From Alphaproteobacteria bacterium (GTDB taxonomy: Bacteria; Pseudomonadota; Alphaproteobacteria; CALKHQ01): a stretch of DNA of 64,000 nt. Of this stretch, positions 63,860 through 64,000 are shown piece by piece. Under the pieces are notes generated by a model that was not told where the DNA came from, did no database searches, and was given only the letters and a program-made list of their open reading frames with translations. The translations under genes and the position numbers were made by a program. The stretch covers positions 64,001 to 128,000 of the forward strand of contig CBDDFZ010000001.1 of NCBI GenBank assembly GCA_965227515.1, given 5' to 3'. The stretch's first letter is position 1, and each line of letters opens with the position of its first letter.

Positions 63860-64000
63860 ATGCGCATTTTCCGAACACTGGCAGGCGGCGCGCTGGTCGC
63901 GGCGGCACTCGGCATCGCGATGGCCGCGCCATCGGGCGCCATGGCGCAGGAGAAAACGTCGTTCCGCATCGCCTGGTCGATCTATGTCGGCTGGATGCCG
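63860..64000 (+). CDS. ABC substrate-binding protein, urea-carboxylase/guanidine-associated type (partial)
   Basis: Signal peptide then FRIAWSIYVGWMP; downstream of the guanidine riboswitch. Confidence 0.82.
   Translation, partial: MRIFRTLAGGALVAAALGIAMAAPSGAMAQEKTSFRIAWSIYVGWMP

Overview
High-GC alphaproteobacterial chromosome segment, probably Rhodospirillales-like (inferred from mucR/ros, olsB/olsA, a DUF2336 gene and CtrA-type boxes). The left end holds a nucleotide-sugar operon (ColD-type 3-dehydratase, three SDR epimerase/reductases, a TPP E1 alpha/beta pair). An accessory islet follows (higBA, DOPA dioxygenase, cupin, small GIY-YIG nuclease, AKR, an AT-rich frameshifted gene), then O-antigen ligase/polymerase-like and GT2 genes. 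The middle is largely core: class A PBP, Mla/MCE ABC system, tsaB-rimI-mucR-fur-olsBA-miaB-phoH-ybeY-corC-lnt-metK-trmB, rimP-nusA-ylxR-infB-rbfA-truB-rpsO-pnp, pyrE, proA-nadD-rsfS-rlmH. The right end has a marR locus and a guanidine-I riboswitch. The most striking structure is intergenic: at least five families of palindromic REP-like repeats. (1) A 95-aa GIY-YIG nuclease gene is bracketed by a perfect 34-bp inverted pair of CGTC-tagged REP hairpins, and a gene-less pair of the same family occurs elsewhere; this is a candidate dedicated mobiliser for CGTC REPs. (2) Two IS110-family elements, one with an upstream and one with a downstream non-coding end, each split a different repeat family, and target- and donor-matching guide segments of their bridge/seek RNAs can be read directly from the sequence. 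Also notable: nadD, rsfS and rlmH appear to start at non-canonical codons (CTG or GTG, ATT, ATC). All calls come from reading motifs by eye; no searches were run.
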